Part shown: in pieces, positions 12,710 to 25,636 of the stretch
Layout of the letters: the number at the start of each line of letters is the position of its first letter
How positions within the stretch are numbered: position 1 is the stretch's first letter
Source of the DNA: Heteronotia binoei
Lineage: Eukaryota
NCBI RefSeq assembly: GCF_032191835.1
Contig: NC_083237.1
Coordinates: 16,802,001 to 16,866,000 of the forward strand
Length of the DNA stretch: 64,000 nucleotides
Direction: 5' to 3'
Notes under the pieces: model-generated
Told to the model about the DNA's origin: nothing
Databases searched by the model: none
What the model saw: the letters and a program-made list of their open reading frames with translations, nothing else
Program-made: the position numbers and the translations under genes

Positions 12710-12968
12710 AGGGCTTTTTTTTTTTAGAAAAAGCCCAGCAGGGACTCATTTGCATATTAGCTACACCCCCTGACATCACCATTGTTTCACACAGGACTTT
12801 TTTGTAGAAAAAGTCCACCAGGAAGTCAGGGACCACACCCCCTGACATCACCATTGTTTGACACAGGGCTTTTTTGTAGAAAAATCCCAGCAGGGACTCA
12901 TTTGCATGTTAGACCACACCCCCTGATGCCAAGCCTGCCGGAACTGCATTCCTGCTCAAAAAAAGCCC
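12710..12968. mobile_element. hAT-type MITE with triplicated left end
   Basis: Three tandem CAGGRCTTTTTT.TAGAAAAA units, then right end AAAAAAAGCCCT. A short relative lies at 8856-8985. Confidence 0.65.
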
Positions 12969-13157
12969 TACTAATAACTAAAAATATATCATTCGTCTAT
13001 ATAGCAATCTACATGGGAGAACATCATGTTCCATTAGATAACTAATGATAGGAAACCAGATAGCTACAAAATGAGATTCATAAACTTTAATTTCTGAGGA
13101 GTTATGCATGCCACAGATGGATGGACACTGACCCTTTTTTATTATAGAAGAAGTAAT

Positions 13158-13940
13158 CTTACCTTGATGCTCCTCCCAGGTGTTCCTCAAAATAAACAGA
13201 ATTTCTAATGTCAACAGCTTATATTAAGCTAAGCTGGATGGCTTTCAGGCAGCTTTCTTGTGTAACCCTTTGGAAAATCTCTGGACTGCTGTGGATATCA
13301 GGGAAGACCAGGATCATCTCTCATCTACTCTTGGAAAGCTTCTCCATGCTGCCCCAGAAAGACGGTTGCCCATTCATTTTTAAAAATGGCAAGAACTTCT
13401 GGAATGAATTTGGATACATGCACAGATGGAGAAACATACCGGCTGCCCCACCAGTTGGGATCATGAAGCTTATGTTGTTAGCCATCAGGGTCTCTGCTAG
13501 AAAAAAAAAATTGAATCTAAGGAAAGGATAAAAGCTGCTTTGAAAGAGATGGTCCATCAAGCCGAGCCCTGCCTGTTTTGACAGGTGGTGGAATTTCACA
13601 GCAGATGTCCTTCCATTCTTGCGTGCCTGAAGTCCTTTTTCCCAGAGATGCTTGGGAACCCATATGTGCTTCTGTGCTTGAATTCTTAAACCACCGTGGC
13701 AGGTGGTTCCACTTGTTAAAAGTCTAAGATGAAAATCAGTTCAACCTGTTTAACAATACCTGACTATTCTTAGTGTTAAAATGTTGACATGTGGATGATT
13801 TTAGTCCCTGTGTCTTGTCAAAGATTGGAGGATTCTGTTAAGGAGATAAATACAATAGATCCCCTCAGGGATTGCTCTGATCCCTTTGGTACTTCCCTCT
13901 GGTTCATTAGCGCACTATTGTTTGTTACTTCAAGCAACAG
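13158..13940 (-). promoter_or_regulatory. OR1 upstream module (5' non-coding exon donor plus promoter motifs)
   Basis: AAG|GTAAG donor at 13162. O/E-like TCCCTGAGG near 13862-13871 and TAATGA at 13904-13909. Homologous to four other modules in the window. Confidence 0.6.
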
Positions 13941-14479
13941 GTTCTCATATTGCCTCTTTGTGCATTTCCTGATGTCTACCTGCCTCTTCACTAAAGTAAA
14001 ATTCCTGACTTTCCTAGGCTTCTTCAGGCCAGGAGATGCTTCAGAAGACTCCAGGGTCTTCATGGAACAACAATTTAGAGAAAGCTCCCCACATCGTAGC
14101 ATGATGTTTGGTTTAGAACCTCTCAGCTTTTTGTGATTCCTCCATCCTACCCCATGATGGCATTTAGTTATGACTCTTCCTACGACAGACATTTTGTGAT
14201 GATTCCCACTGTTCTCTTTCAAATTCCAGAAGTGCCTACTGTTATGACAATGAACTCTGGGATGCCCCTGAATAACACAGAGAAGCTGGTTTTACAGCCC
14301 TGAGGGCCTCAGATCATACAGAAACCAGACAATAAAAGCTTTGTGTTACCTACAGGAAGGAAAACACCCTCATTTACAGTGATAAAGTGATCATTTGCCA
14401 TAATACTAGGAAGAAACAAAATGGCTGCCTTTTGATATCTTGACTAGGGTTGTGATCTCCCCCGGCAGAAGCAAGGTTC

Positions 14480-14990
14480 CCCTACAACCAGGCCCCATCC
14501 TAGGGTTGCCAATCCCCAGTTGGGGGCAGGGGATCCTCTGGTTTGGAGACCCTCCCCCCGCTTCAGGGTCGTCAGAAAGCGGGGGGAGGGGAGGGAAATG
14601 TCTGCTGGGAACTCTATTATTCCCTATGGAGATTTATTCTCATAGAAAATCATGGAGAATTGATCCGTGGGTAACTGGGGCTCTGGGGGGGGCTGTGTTT
14701 TGAGGTAGAGGCACCAAATTTTCAGTATAGCATCTAGTACCTCTTCCCAAAATACCCCCCAAGTTTAAAAAAGATTGGACCAGGGGGTACAATTCTATGA
14801 GCCCCAAAAGAAGGTGCCCCTATCCTTCATTATTTCCTATGGAAGGAAGGAATTGAAAAGGTGTGCTGTCCCTTTAAACGTGATGGCCAATTATGCTTGT
14901 CACAGCCTTGATCTTGGCTCCACCCCCAAAGTCTCCTGGCTCCACCCCCAAAGTCCCCAGATATTTCTTGAATTGGACTTGGCAACCCTA
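14480..14990. mobile_element. hAT MITE (TIR TAGGGTTGCCA)
   Basis: Full relatives at about 40572-41060 (reversed) and 62463-63352. Confidence 0.75.
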
Positions 14991-16707
14991 CCCCATCCCC
15001 ACCACTGATCAGTTGGATGGTGGTGGACCTTTCCAGGAGAGAGAAGAAGGCCCAGATAATGTGACAACATCACTTTCAGTATGCACAGAAAATGATGTCA
15101 CCACACCAGTGACATCCAGGTGACACCCTGGTATTTGGGCAAAAACTCTATGGTAGAAGCCATTTTGTCATAGAGCTTTTGCCCAAATACCAGTGTCACT
15201 GATGATGTCACTTCCTGTCCATGCTGGGAGTGATATCTCCACATTGTCTGAACCTTCTTCTCTTGATAAGTCTCCCCCATCCCCCACCAGTTGCCAGGAG
15301 GGACATGGCCACACTAATGCTGACCTATGGGTGCCTCAAAGCCAGGGGAGCATCAGAAACCTCATTGGTTAGATGCCAGCTGATGGGAAACATGGGGAAT
15401 CTGTCTGTGTTTCAGGACAGGTCAAGCAGCACCTCCCCCAATTGGAAAGGGTTAAAAGGTTCTTCTTACTTCATGTGAACTGGAAGCTGGGAACTGAGTG
15501 AAGCCTGCAAGGACTATCCTGATTTTATATGTTTGAGCTGTCTTGTGCCCAGGCCTCATTTTGGGCAGGAGCTCACAGGAACAAAGGTCTGGAACATCTA
15601 AATTTTATTGTGCTCTTTCTTTCTTAACCCCGCCCCGCCCACACCAAATAATTGCTTCTGGGCTCCGTTGTTCACACCTCCTGTGAAAATTTTGCTGAGC
15701 TCTTAAGATTTGACAAACTTGCTAATATTTTCCTCCATTAAAAAAAATGGGAAAATAACCAAAACATAAAAAACAGACAGATGGAAATCTTCATCATGCC
15801 GCTGTGGCCAGATAGGAAAATGTAATTTAAAAAGTATGATGGGAGTAAGGTTTTATGATGACAATTATAATCCAGGAAGCAATTTAAGTTACATGCTGAG
15901 TTGATATAATTTAGCCCATCTTCCGGTTATGTCTAGGGTTTGTGGCATATACAAATGAGTTATGCAAATGACTTGCGCTAATGAGCTCCAGCACCTCTTT
16001 TTCTGACAAAATGACCCCTGCTTGTGCCCATTTTGCAGAAGGAAATGTCAAAGTAAAATCAGTGTCCAGAGAAACCTAGTTAGTTCTGTTTTCACCTCTT
16101 TTCTTCCTTTCTGTAACATGTAGCTGTATTCCCATGCCTTTTGGGGTTCTTAAATGATAGGAGGGCCTTGTACTTAAATAAAGATCTCCCCCCTTCTATA
16201 GCTCTCAGACTGTGATTAAACTGCTCCTCAATGGGCCTCACTATTCAACCACACAGAGATCCAACGCCTCACTCATCACCAAAGTCTCTGTCACAGAAAA
16301 GGCCGCTGGAAAAATCCAAAACAAACAAATATAACTTGATAATGTATTTTTTTTAAAAACATTGCATTTTATTATAATCTCATGGGGAAGCGGAAAGGAA
16401 AGGCTGCCTATGCAGTTAAAAACAAGAGAGACTGTTAACATTCACAAAAGTACACAGAAGGGGGGCCCAAAATGGTTCTGTCCCACCTGCCTCATTCAAG
16501 ACCCCCAACCCCAGCCACGTCCCCTGACCTGGGAGCCAAAAGCCCCATAACCCCCACACCCACCTGGAAGGAGAGCCAGCTGGGAGGCAGTCCAGAGCCT
16601 TATGCTAAAGAGCCGACGGCCGGGAAGAAAGCGGGATAAAGAGGTGACCAAAGCAAGGAGGTCAATGAGGAGGAATGGTGGAGCTGGATGCTGGCATGAG
16701 ACACAGA

Positions 16708-17258
16708 GGCCCTGTTCAGACGCACAGTATAATCAGTTGTCGCTGCTGTTTCATACCGGATTAAAAGTGGCTGATTAGACAGCAACATCTGCCTCCCAGT
16801 ATTAACTCATGGTAGCCCACCCCCCCATCCTTCTCGGAACCAGAGTATTTTGCTACCTGCTCCTTTGCGGTGTTTTTTGAGTTCTCCGGTATCACCTCAT
16901 AGTTTCCCCATCTGGATAGTTCTCGACCATCTTCTGGATGTCTGAGGGCTGTCCCGGAGCAAAAGGAGCCTCAGACATCCGGTTTATGGTCGCCATTTTT
17001 TTTTTACTACTTAGTGATATGCGCATAACAGCATAACCACATAACATTGTAACCTATGCGCATGGTGCGTGCATGTGCATAATAGTGGAGGAAAAAAAGT
17101 ACTGCATAGTGCCGTCGTGTGGACGGCGGAAGACAGTTTCACCCCAGAGTGATTCGAATTGCAGTATGGCAGTCTGATGGATAATATCCAGAACAAAGAT
17201 TTTTGGAACAGAACTGGGTCAGTTTAACACAGACTCAACACGCTGTGTGAACAGGGCC
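16708..17258. mobile_element. Harbinger/Tourist-like MITE (551 bp)
   Basis: TIR GGCCCTGTTCA(G/C)AC and 3-bp TSD AGA. Confidence 0.75.
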
Positions 17259-17647
17259 AGAGAGAAAAGGAGCCAACGCAAGCTGACAAAGAAGCTGACA
17301 AAGAAGACAGGGTGACAGTAACCTGATCTTCCCACCCAGTTTGAGACCCCCTGGCCGCCTCCCAAGGCGGGGAACAGCTGAGAGATAGGGCTGAATGAGG
17401 AGGTGGGGCATCATCAGTTCCTTGACTCAGTGTCCAAAAATCTTTGCTATGACAGTGGCAGAGAAATGGGTCAAATAAATATAATCAGGGACACAGTCTT
17501 TCCCCCATCAAAGAGGTCCAAAGAGGCAGATGCGGGTTTCAAAATTATAATATGGTCTCACACAAGTCCCAGATATAGATGAGATCAGAGATAGCACTGC
17601 CTGCAAAGTTAAGCAGTGATCAGATTCCTTATGTCCAAATGCAACAT

Positions 17648-17932
17648 AGAAGAAGAAGAAGAATTGCAGGTTTATACCCCGCCCTTCTCTCTGAATCAGG
17701 GACTCGGAGCGGCTGACAAGCTCCTATAACTTCTCCCCCCACAACAGACACCCTGTGAGGTGGGTGGGGCTGGAGAGGGCTCTCACAGCAGCTGCCCTTT
17801 CAAGGACAACCTCTGCCAGAGCTATGGCTGACCCAAGGCCATTCCAGCAGCTGTAAGTGGAGGAGTGGGGAATCAAACCGTTTTTCCCAGATACGAGTCC
17901 ACACACTTAACCACTACACCAAACTGGCTCTC
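17648..17932 (-). mobile_element. Squam3-type SINE
   Basis: Full copy about 90 nt downstream of the OR2 stop. Confidence 0.8.
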
Positions 17933-18022
17933 TACATACAAGTCCCATCAACATATTGTTTATGGTAGGTAACTTGGGCCCCATGGACAAAATCGAGGCC
18001 AGTTCGTCAAGACCCCCTGTGC

Positions 18023-18967
18023 TCATCTTTCCTGTTTAAAGCCCCACCCGTGAAGCATCCTGGACACAGCCCCATGGATGTCCTTGTTGCGTAGGGTGTA
18101 AATGATAGGGTTGAGCAAAGGGGTGACCACAATGTAGAAGACAGCGAGTCCCTTGTCATGATCAGGAGACGCCTCTGATCCTGAACTCAAATACGTAATA
18201 ATGAGGATGCCATAGAACAAAATGACCACGGTCAAGTGGGAGGCACACGTGGAGAAGGCCTTGTGCCAGCCAGCAGCCGACTGCATTTGGATCACCGAGG
18301 ACAGTATGAGCATGTAGGAGATCAGGATAGCCAAAAAGGGAACAACAATGATGAGGGAAGCCACCACAGTAATGCTGAGCTCCGTCTCTCGTACGTCAGC
18401 GCAAGCCAGTTTGATCATCACAGGCATGTCACAGAAGAAGTGATTGATGCGGTTGGGGCCACAGAAGGGAAGGCGAAGGGTGAAGTAGCCGTTTATTGAT
18501 GCCAGAAAGAAGCCGCTTGCCCATGAGGCTGAGGCAAGCTGAACCTGACATCGCCTACTCATGGCGATGGCATAGAGCAGAGGATGGCAGATGGCCAAGT
18601 AGCGGTCGTAAGCCATGGCAGCCAGCAGAAAACACTCTACACTACCCAGGCAGATAATCACGTACATCTGGACCATGCAACGGTTGAAGGAGATAGCTCC
18701 ATGTCCAGAGAGAAGGTGAGCCAGCATCTGGGGCATGCTGGAAGTGACATAACAGATCTCCAAGACGGAGAGGTGCAAGAGGAAAAAGTACATGGGGGTG
18801 CAGAGGGAGGAATCAGTTCGCACCAACGTGATGATCACCAGGTTCCCCATAAGGGTGAGGGAATAGATGATGAGGATGACCATGAAGAGAAGGATCTGTG
18901 TCTTTCGGTGGTTAGTGAGCCCCACAAGGATGAATTCTGTGATGGAAGAGAGGTTTCCAGAGCCCAT
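18023..18967 (-). CDS. Olfactory receptor OR2, intact 314 aa (true start MGSGNLS)
   Basis: All OR motifs present. The ORF-track N-terminal extension crosses the acceptor ttttctctgcAG (18981-18982), so the ATG at 18967 is used. Confidence 0.96.
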   Translation of the reverse strand: MGSGNLSSITEFILVGLTNHRKTQILLFMVILIIYSLTLMGNLVIITLVRTDSSLCTPMYFFLLHLSVLEICYVTSSMPQMLAHLLSGHGAISFNRCMVQMYVIICLGSVECFLLAAMAYDRYLAICHPLLYAIAMSRRCQVQLASASWASGFFLASINGYFTLRLPFCGPNRINHFFCDMPVMIKLACADVRETELSITVVASLIIVVPFLAILISYMLILSSVIQMQSAAGWHKAFSTCASHLTVVILFYGILIITYLSSGSEASPDHDKGLAVFYIVVTPLLNPIIYTLRNKDIHGAVSRMLHGWGFKQER

Positions 18968-19965
18968 CCTGAGCTCCTTCCTGCAGAGAAAAGACAAGTG
19001 AGTGACATTTCCGGAGAATACAACTGTTTATCCCACTATATTTTTGCTCTGGAGTCAACCCAAGCCAATACATCAAACCTAGCATCTTAATGTATATCCA
19101 AATGCTTTCCTTCATTTTACATTGTTCCTTTTCCTGAATAATGTGTCTCGTATGTCTATAAGTTCAAGGCTCATGTTTATTTTTCCTCCAGTACACTAAG
19201 ATGGCTGCCATTTTGGAAAGATAACTATGAGAAGGGATTTTTTTTTTTTTCTGGGGGAACATGGTGGAACAGAATTCCAGAACTTCTTTGTGAAAAGGAC
19301 AAAGACAAAGACAATTAATTATTTTTTTTTTAAAAAAAGAACCTTAAAATAAAATGTACTTAAAACATTAGCACTCGTTGGTCTTAAAGGTGCTTTCTTT
19401 GTATTTCTGCCATGGGAGCCAGAGAACTGGGCAAAGGAAGCTCTAGCTCTTTCCTTATTTCCCCGGGGAAACCAGGAAGGGGAGGAGCGTCAGCCAATAG
19501 AAGGAAGAGAGGCTTGGCCCAGTAGCTCTGCTGTGTGATTGAGAGCCTGGCAAAGCAAGCTCTGCCTACCCCCCACTTTCCTCCCCAAAGGAGGATCCTC
19601 AGTCAGTGGAGAAAACAGAGGTTGTGCTCTGTAGCTCCTGTGTGATTGGGCAAGCCTTGCAAAGCAAAATGTTATGCAGAAGGAAGCAGATGACAGCCAG
19701 TTGCTTGGGGGCCTGATAAGAGCCCTCCGGGGGTCTGGTTTGGCCCCCGGACCACGTGTTTGACACCCCTGCTTTAGATTAAAATCCTTTCTCTCCTTCT
19801 GATTGCAGCCTGGATGTGAACCAAATCTCCCTGAATCAACCAAAGTTGGAGTCCAGTGGCACCTTTAAGACCAACCAAGTTTTATTCAGAACGTAAGCTT
19901 TTTTGTGCATGCAGACATTCTGATTAAAAAAGAACCTTAAAATAAAACGTACTTAATTCTCATTT

Positions 19966-20315
19966 GCGGCCCCCCCACTGGTGGAACCAACTCCCAGAAG
20001 AGGTAAGGGCCTTGCGGGACCTTGCCCAGTTCCGCAGGGCCTGCAAAACAATTCTATTTTGACTGGCCTTCAGTCCAACTACGTAGATGCCCAACATCGC
20101 TGAATGGATTGTACCAACTTTAGCACCAGAAATGGTTCTAATACTTTTAAACTGTTTAAAATTGTTTGAATTGTTCAATTGATAATAGATTATTAACTTA
20201 ATTATTTGCTTATTGTTTTTACTGTTTGATGTTAAATTGTTGTTAGCCGCCCTGAGCCTGCTCCGGCGGAGAGGGCGGGATATAAGTATGAAGAATAAAT
20301 AAATAAATAAAATAA
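19966..20315 (+). mobile_element. L2 3' fragment, flanked by inverted Penelope-like ends
   Basis: Matches 6750-7050 and ends in a (TAAA)n tail. Confidence 0.8.
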
Positions 20316-20752
20316 AACTTGGTTGGTCTTAAAGGTGCCCCTGGATTCCAACTTCGTTCTGTTGTTTCAAACACGGCTTCCCACCTGGATCTGTCTACCT
20401 GAATAAATGCAAATTTTACCTTTTCCAATATACTTTGGGAGCTTATTTACTGCACGCAATATCATACTTCTATGACTGGGCAAACTCTGCTGTATTAACT
20501 AATAACTATTCATTGTATTCAGTAGGGTCAAACCTGGTTAGTACTTATATAGGAGATTACCGTGAAAATTCAAGGTTGCTACACAGATGCGGACAACGGC
20601 AAACAACTTCTGAACATCTTTTGCTTTGAAAACCCAATGGGGTTGCTCTCAGCTAGCTGTGATTTGATGGCAAACAAACAACAACAAAAAAAAGAGCAAA
20701 ATCACCCAAAATCCAGAGTTCAGTGCTTAAAAATGTATTTATCAGTTAATAA

Positions 20753-21034
20753 GGAAAGGAAAGGTCCCCTGTGCAAGCACCAGTCATTTCCAACTCTGGG
20801 GTGATGTTGTTTTCACCGCAGACATTTTACGGGGTGGTTTGCCATTGCCTTCCCCAGTCATCTACACTTTCCTCCCAGCAAGCTGGGTACTCATTTTACC
20901 GACCTCAGAAGGATGGAAGGCTGAGTCAACTTGGAGCCGGCTACCTGAAAACCCAGCTTCCACCAGGGATCGAACTCAGGTCGTGAGCGCAGCTTAGGAC
21001 TGCAGTACTGTAGCTTTAACACCAGGGGACTTGC
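20753..21034 (-). mobile_element. Sauria SINE
   Basis: BovB-type tail and perfect 14-bp TSD TTATCAGTTAATAA. Confidence 0.88.
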
Positions 21035-21842
21035 TTATCAGTTAATAACTCCCCAACTAATCTGCGAGTAAGTACAAGAGAAGACAATTCTATCAATCCC
21101 ATCAGTATTAGGTTAAAATGCCCAAACAGGCTCCTTTCCTACACATTCCATATTGCCAGAGGTCATTTCATAGAAAAAAGAGGTGCTGAAACTCATTAGC
21201 ACAACTCATTTGTATATGCCACACACCTCTGATATCACTGGAAGGTGTGCTAAATTCTATCAGCTCAGCATCTACCTTAAAATGCTTCTTGAAGTAGAAT
21301 TGTCATAATAAAACCTGACTCCCATCATACTTTAAAAGTTACTTTCTCCTATGTGGCCACAGTGGCATGATGAAGATTTTCATCTGTCTGCTTCCTACGT
21401 TTTGGTTATTTTCCCCCTTTCTTGTGGGGGGAAATATTAGAAAGTTTGTCAAATCTTAGAGTTCAGCAAAATTCTCATGGGGGTTTGAACAATGGAGCCC
21501 AGAAGCAAGTATTTTTTTTGGGGGGGGGGATAGGGAAAAAAGAGCACAATGTGAACATATATGAAGCTGCCTTATACTGAATCAGACCCCTCAGTCCATC
21601 ACAATCAGTATTGTCTACTCAGGCTGGCAGTGGCTCTCCAGGTTCTCAAGCTGAGGTTTTTCACACCTATTTGCCTGGACCCTTTTTAGTCGGAGATGCC
21701 GGGGATTGAACCTGGGACCTTCTGCTTACTAAGCAGATGCTCTACCACTGAGCCTCCGTCCCTCCCCAAATTTTAGAGGTTCCGGAGCTCCACTCCCGTG
21801 AGCTCCTGCCCAAAATGAAACCTGCATATTGCTATATGTAAT

Positions 21843-22920
21843 TCTACCTTGGCTCTCCTCCCAGAGGTTCCTCAAACACCACAGAATTTTTCATATCAAC
21901 AGCATATATTAAAGTAAATGATAGCTGGCTGGCTTTCAGGCAGCTTTCTAGCATAACCAGTTGGAAGATTTCTGAACCGTCATGGATTTCAGGGAAAGCC
22001 AGGATCAACTCTCATCCCCTGACTGAGAGCTTCTTCGTGTTGTTTCAAAAAGGCTGTTGCTCATCCATTGGGAAAACGGCAAGATCTTCTGGACTTTGGA
22101 CACCCATCAATGAAGAAAAATAGGGGTCATCATACTGCTTGGGAATCTGCTTCTGTGTTCAATTTCGAAGAAGAAGACTGCAGATTTATACCCCCACCCT
22201 TCTCTCTGAATCAGAGACTCAGAGCGGTTTACAATCTCCTATATCTTCTCCCCCCACAACAGATATCCTGTGAGGTAAGTGGGGCTGAGAGGGCTCTCAC
22301 AGCAGCTGCCCTTTCAAGGACAACTCCTGCGATAGCTATGGCTAACCCAAGGCCATTCCAGCAGGTGCAAGTGGAGGAGTGGGGAATCAAACCCAGTTCT
22401 CCCAGATAAGAGTCCTCACACTTAACCACCACTACACCAAACTGGTGCTCTCATCAGTGTTTCGCCATCAGTGTTTCTCTCAGAAGAGGCTTGTGTGTAA
22501 GAAAAGGATAGAAGCTGTTTTCAAAGATCTGGTCTATCAAGCCTGGCACCACATCTCAAAAACAACTGTCCAGCAGATACCCTGATCTTCTTCTCTGCTG
22601 TCCTTTGGAAGGACCTCATGCATACCAATGCTTCACTAATTAGCTCCAGTGCTTAATCCAGCTTGTCAGTGGCTCCTCCAACCCCTTTGCACAGTCTTCA
22701 AAGATAAGAGTCAACCTCACTTGCTTTGCTAAACACCTAACTATTGTCAACGTTCAGACACCAACAACACGTAGCTGTTGCTTCTTCCAACAAGGTGCCT
22801 ATGTTTTAAGGATTAAGGTAGGTAACAAAGATAGTAGATTTGCTCCACTGGGAATGGTCCAATCCCTTTGGTACTTCACTCTGACTCATAAATCTGTTGT
22901 TTATTACTTTAACTTCCTGG
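21843..22920 (-). promoter_or_regulatory. OR2 upstream module (interrupted by a Squam3 SINE)
   Basis: AAG|GTAGAA donor at 21847. Clear alignment to 13160-13450 and 13880-13940. The homeodomain site is degenerate (plus strand TCATAA). Confidence 0.55.
22167..22447 (-). mobile_element. Squam3-type SINE inside the OR2 upstream module
   Basis: Full copy. Confidence 0.8.
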
Positions 22921-22983
22921 ATACCTCAAGCTCATATACTACTATGGGGAAAAGTTCCTTAACCTTTTTAAAAAACGTATACA

Positions 22984-23555
22984 ATTGTTGTTGTTCAGTC
23001 ACACAGTTGAGTCCAACTCATTGTGACCCCATGGACAAAGTTACGCCAGGCCCTCCTGTCTTCCACCGTCCTCTGAAGTCTGCTCAAATTCGTGTTTGTT
23101 ACATCAGTAATGCTGTCCAGCCATCTCATCTTTTGCCGTCCCCTTCTTCTTTTGCCTTCTGTCTTTTCCAGCATCAGGATCTTCTCCAGGGAGTGCTCCC
23201 TTCTCATTTGGTGGCCAAAGTATTTGAGTTTCAGCTTCAGCAACTGACCTTCCAGGGAACAGCCTGGGTTGATTTCCCTTAGGACTGACTGATTTGATCT
23301 TTTTGCAGTCCGAGGGACTCTCAAGAGTCTTCTCCAGCACCACATCTCAAAAGCATCTATTCTTCTGCGTTCAGCCTTCCTTATGGTCCAGCTCTCACAG
23401 CCATACATTACTACTGGAAATACCATCACTTTCACTATACAGACTTTTGTTGGCAGAGTGATGTCTCTACTTTTTATTATACTGCCCAAGTTCGCCATAG
23501 CTGTCCTCACAAGGAGCAAACGTCTTTTAATTTCATGGCTGCAGGTCTCCAAATA
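22984..23555 (-). mobile_element. RTE-BovB LINE 3' fragment with (CAA)n tail
   Basis: EIKRRLLL, VFPVVMYGCESWT, IDAFEMWCWRRLLRVP, GKRRRGRQKMRWLD. Confidence 0.93.
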
Positions 23556-24102
23556 TCGACCTGTAGAGTGTGCCCAACTGAAATTGCCGCCTATGGTGTC
23601 TATTATTGTTTTTATGGTTTTACTGTATTGTTATCTGTTTTTTATGTTGTTCTTCACCCTGAACCAGCTCGAGGAAAAGGGCAGAATATAACCCAACACA
23701 TGAAGCTGCCTTATACTGAATCAGACCCTTGGTCCATCAAAGTCAGTATTGCCTACTCAGGCTGGCAGCAGCTCTCCAGTGTTCCAGGTAGAGTTCTTTC
23801 ACATCACCTACTAAAAAAGTAAAGGTAGTTCCCTATGCAGGCCTCGGATTCAGCAGGAGCTCACAGGAGCACAGCTCCTGAACCTTTCTGAGGGTTCCCC
23901 CTCCTCCCCCCACCTTGTCCATGGAATAGGAGGTGCAGCTGCATAACAATCCCTGGATGAGATCCACCACCTATTTTTCTACAAAGCGACCCCTGCCCCT
24001 GTGCAAGCATCACCTGCTACCTGGTCCTTAACTGGAGATGCCTGGGATTGAATTTGGGACCTTCTGCATACCAATCAGATGCTCTGCCACTGAGCCACAG
24101 CC

Positions 24103-24437
24103 TCTTCACCCAAAGGGTGATTAACACATGGAATTCACTGCCACAGGAGGCGGTGGCAGTTACAAGCATAGGCAGCTTCAAGAGGGGATTGGATAAACAT
24201 ATGGAGCAGAGGTCCATCTGTGGCTATTAGCTACAGCGTATTGTTGGAACTCTCTGTCTGGGGCAGTGATGCTCTGTATTCTTGGTGCTTGGGGGGCAAT
24301 AGTGGGAGGGCTTCTGGTGTCCTGGCCCCACTGATGGACCTCCTGATGGCACCTGGGTTTTTTTGGCCACTGCATGACACAGAGTTTTGGACTGGATGGG
24401 CCATTGGCCTAATCCAACATGGCTTCTCATGTTCTTA
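24103..24437 (+). mobile_element. CR1 3' fragment
   Basis: FTQRVINTWNSLPQEAV...RSICGY* plus 3' UTR. Confidence 0.85.
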
Positions 24438-24504
24438 TGTCCTCCCTAACTAAATAAAATAAATTAATTGCAGGTTCTTGATAATGAAGATAAACAGAGG
24501 AAAA

Positions 24505-24640
24505 GGAACAAAGTAGGAATCCAGTAGCATCTTTAACATCAACAAAGTTTTATCCAGAATGTACGCTTTCGTAACCATGCATACTTCATCAGACAATGAA
24601 ATGGGGTACAGTGAGCAATGCTACATATAGCTGGGGGGCA
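24505..24640 (-). mobile_element. Penelope-like terminal fragment with decayed hammerhead
   Basis: Minus strand TGT CTGATGAAGTATGCATGGTTACGAAAGCGT ACA. Stem II and the palindrome are broken. Confidence 0.55.
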
Positions 24641-25290
24641 TTGGGAAAAGGAATTTTATTATTTCTTTCATTTATATCCCACCCATTCACCAAGGATGGT
24701 GAAAGAAGGATTAATCGAGATGTTTGCCTTTGGTTCTTTGAGAGTTCTTTTGAATCAACATTCTTCAATATTCTTCCCTCTGTTTTCCAAATTTGGCTGT
24801 TTCTTTCTGACTATTTTATAACTGGTTTATATTGAAGCTAAATTAAACCTCTGGTGTTCCCTCTAGTGGCCTATGTGGTTTATTACAGAGACTCCTTATA
24901 ACACATAGAACAGCCTGCAAACTAAGGGCATCGTTGGAGGGTCTGCCCTGAGTGCCCCCATGTACTGAAACAGGGTATATCTGCATCACAAACAGGGTCT
25001 TTTTAGTACTGGCACCCCACAGGTTTCCTTCCTACAGAAACTTGCCTGGTGCCAAGCTTACATTCCATCAAGCACCCGATTTAGACCTTTTTTTATTCTC
25101 CCAGGTGTTTTTAACCAGAATTGGTTTTGAGCTCTGTATCGTTAGGAACTTTCAGCAATGATATGGTTTTAGGCACCAAATGGTGGTTCTTAGGACACTT
25201 TAGTTTTATCTCTTTCATTTGGAATATTTTTTTTTAATTCTGATTTTTTTTTAGCTTTTTTCTAAACATGTAGACAATACCCAAAGGCAC

Positions 25291-25505
25291 ATGGGGAGGG
25301 ACGGTGGCTCAGTGGTAGAGCATCTGCTTGGGAAGCAGAAGGTCCCAGGTTCAATCCCTGGCATCTCCAAAAAGGGTCCAGGCAAATAGGTGTGAAAAAC
25401 CTCAGCTTGAGACCCTGGAGAGCCGCTGCCAGTCTGAGAAGACAATACTGACTTTGATGGACCAAAGGTCTGATTCAGTATAAGGCAGCTTCATATGTTC
25501 ATATG
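25291..25505 (+). mobile_element. tRNA-derived SINE (Squam2-like); other copies at 21552-21766 (-), 39270-39460 (-), and a split copy at 25506-25636 plus 28976-29060
   Basis: Head GGGAGGGACGGTGGCTCAGTGGTAGAGCATCTG with A/B boxes and tail CATATGTTCATATG. Confidence 0.75.
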
Positions 25506-25636
25506 TTCACATGAATCCATATGAAGCTACCTGATGCTTAAACAGACCTTCTTGGTCCTTCAGGGTCAGTCTTGTCTACTCAGACTGGGCATGGCTCTCC
25601 AAGGTGCCCATTGTAGGTCTTTCACATCACCTACAA

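Noticed and set aside
12745-12760. Octamer motif ATTTGCAT dispersed by MITEs as OR enhancers
   Set aside because: Intrinsic to abundant MITE termini, with no positional conservation relative to the OR genes.
18968-18997. N-terminal extensions MSFLCRKELR and MPFLCRQEP in ORF-track calls of OR2-OR4
   Set aside because: They translate the intronic polypyrimidine tract and acceptor. The acceptor position is conserved in all five genes.
18584-19090. 168-aa plus-strand ORF and similar antisense ORFs over OR and V2R coding regions
   Set aside because: Shadow frames of the GC-rich sense CDS, with no independent motifs.
25291-25368. tRNA gene
   Set aside because: A tRNA-like SINE head continuing into a repeated body and tail, with multiple diverged copies in the window.
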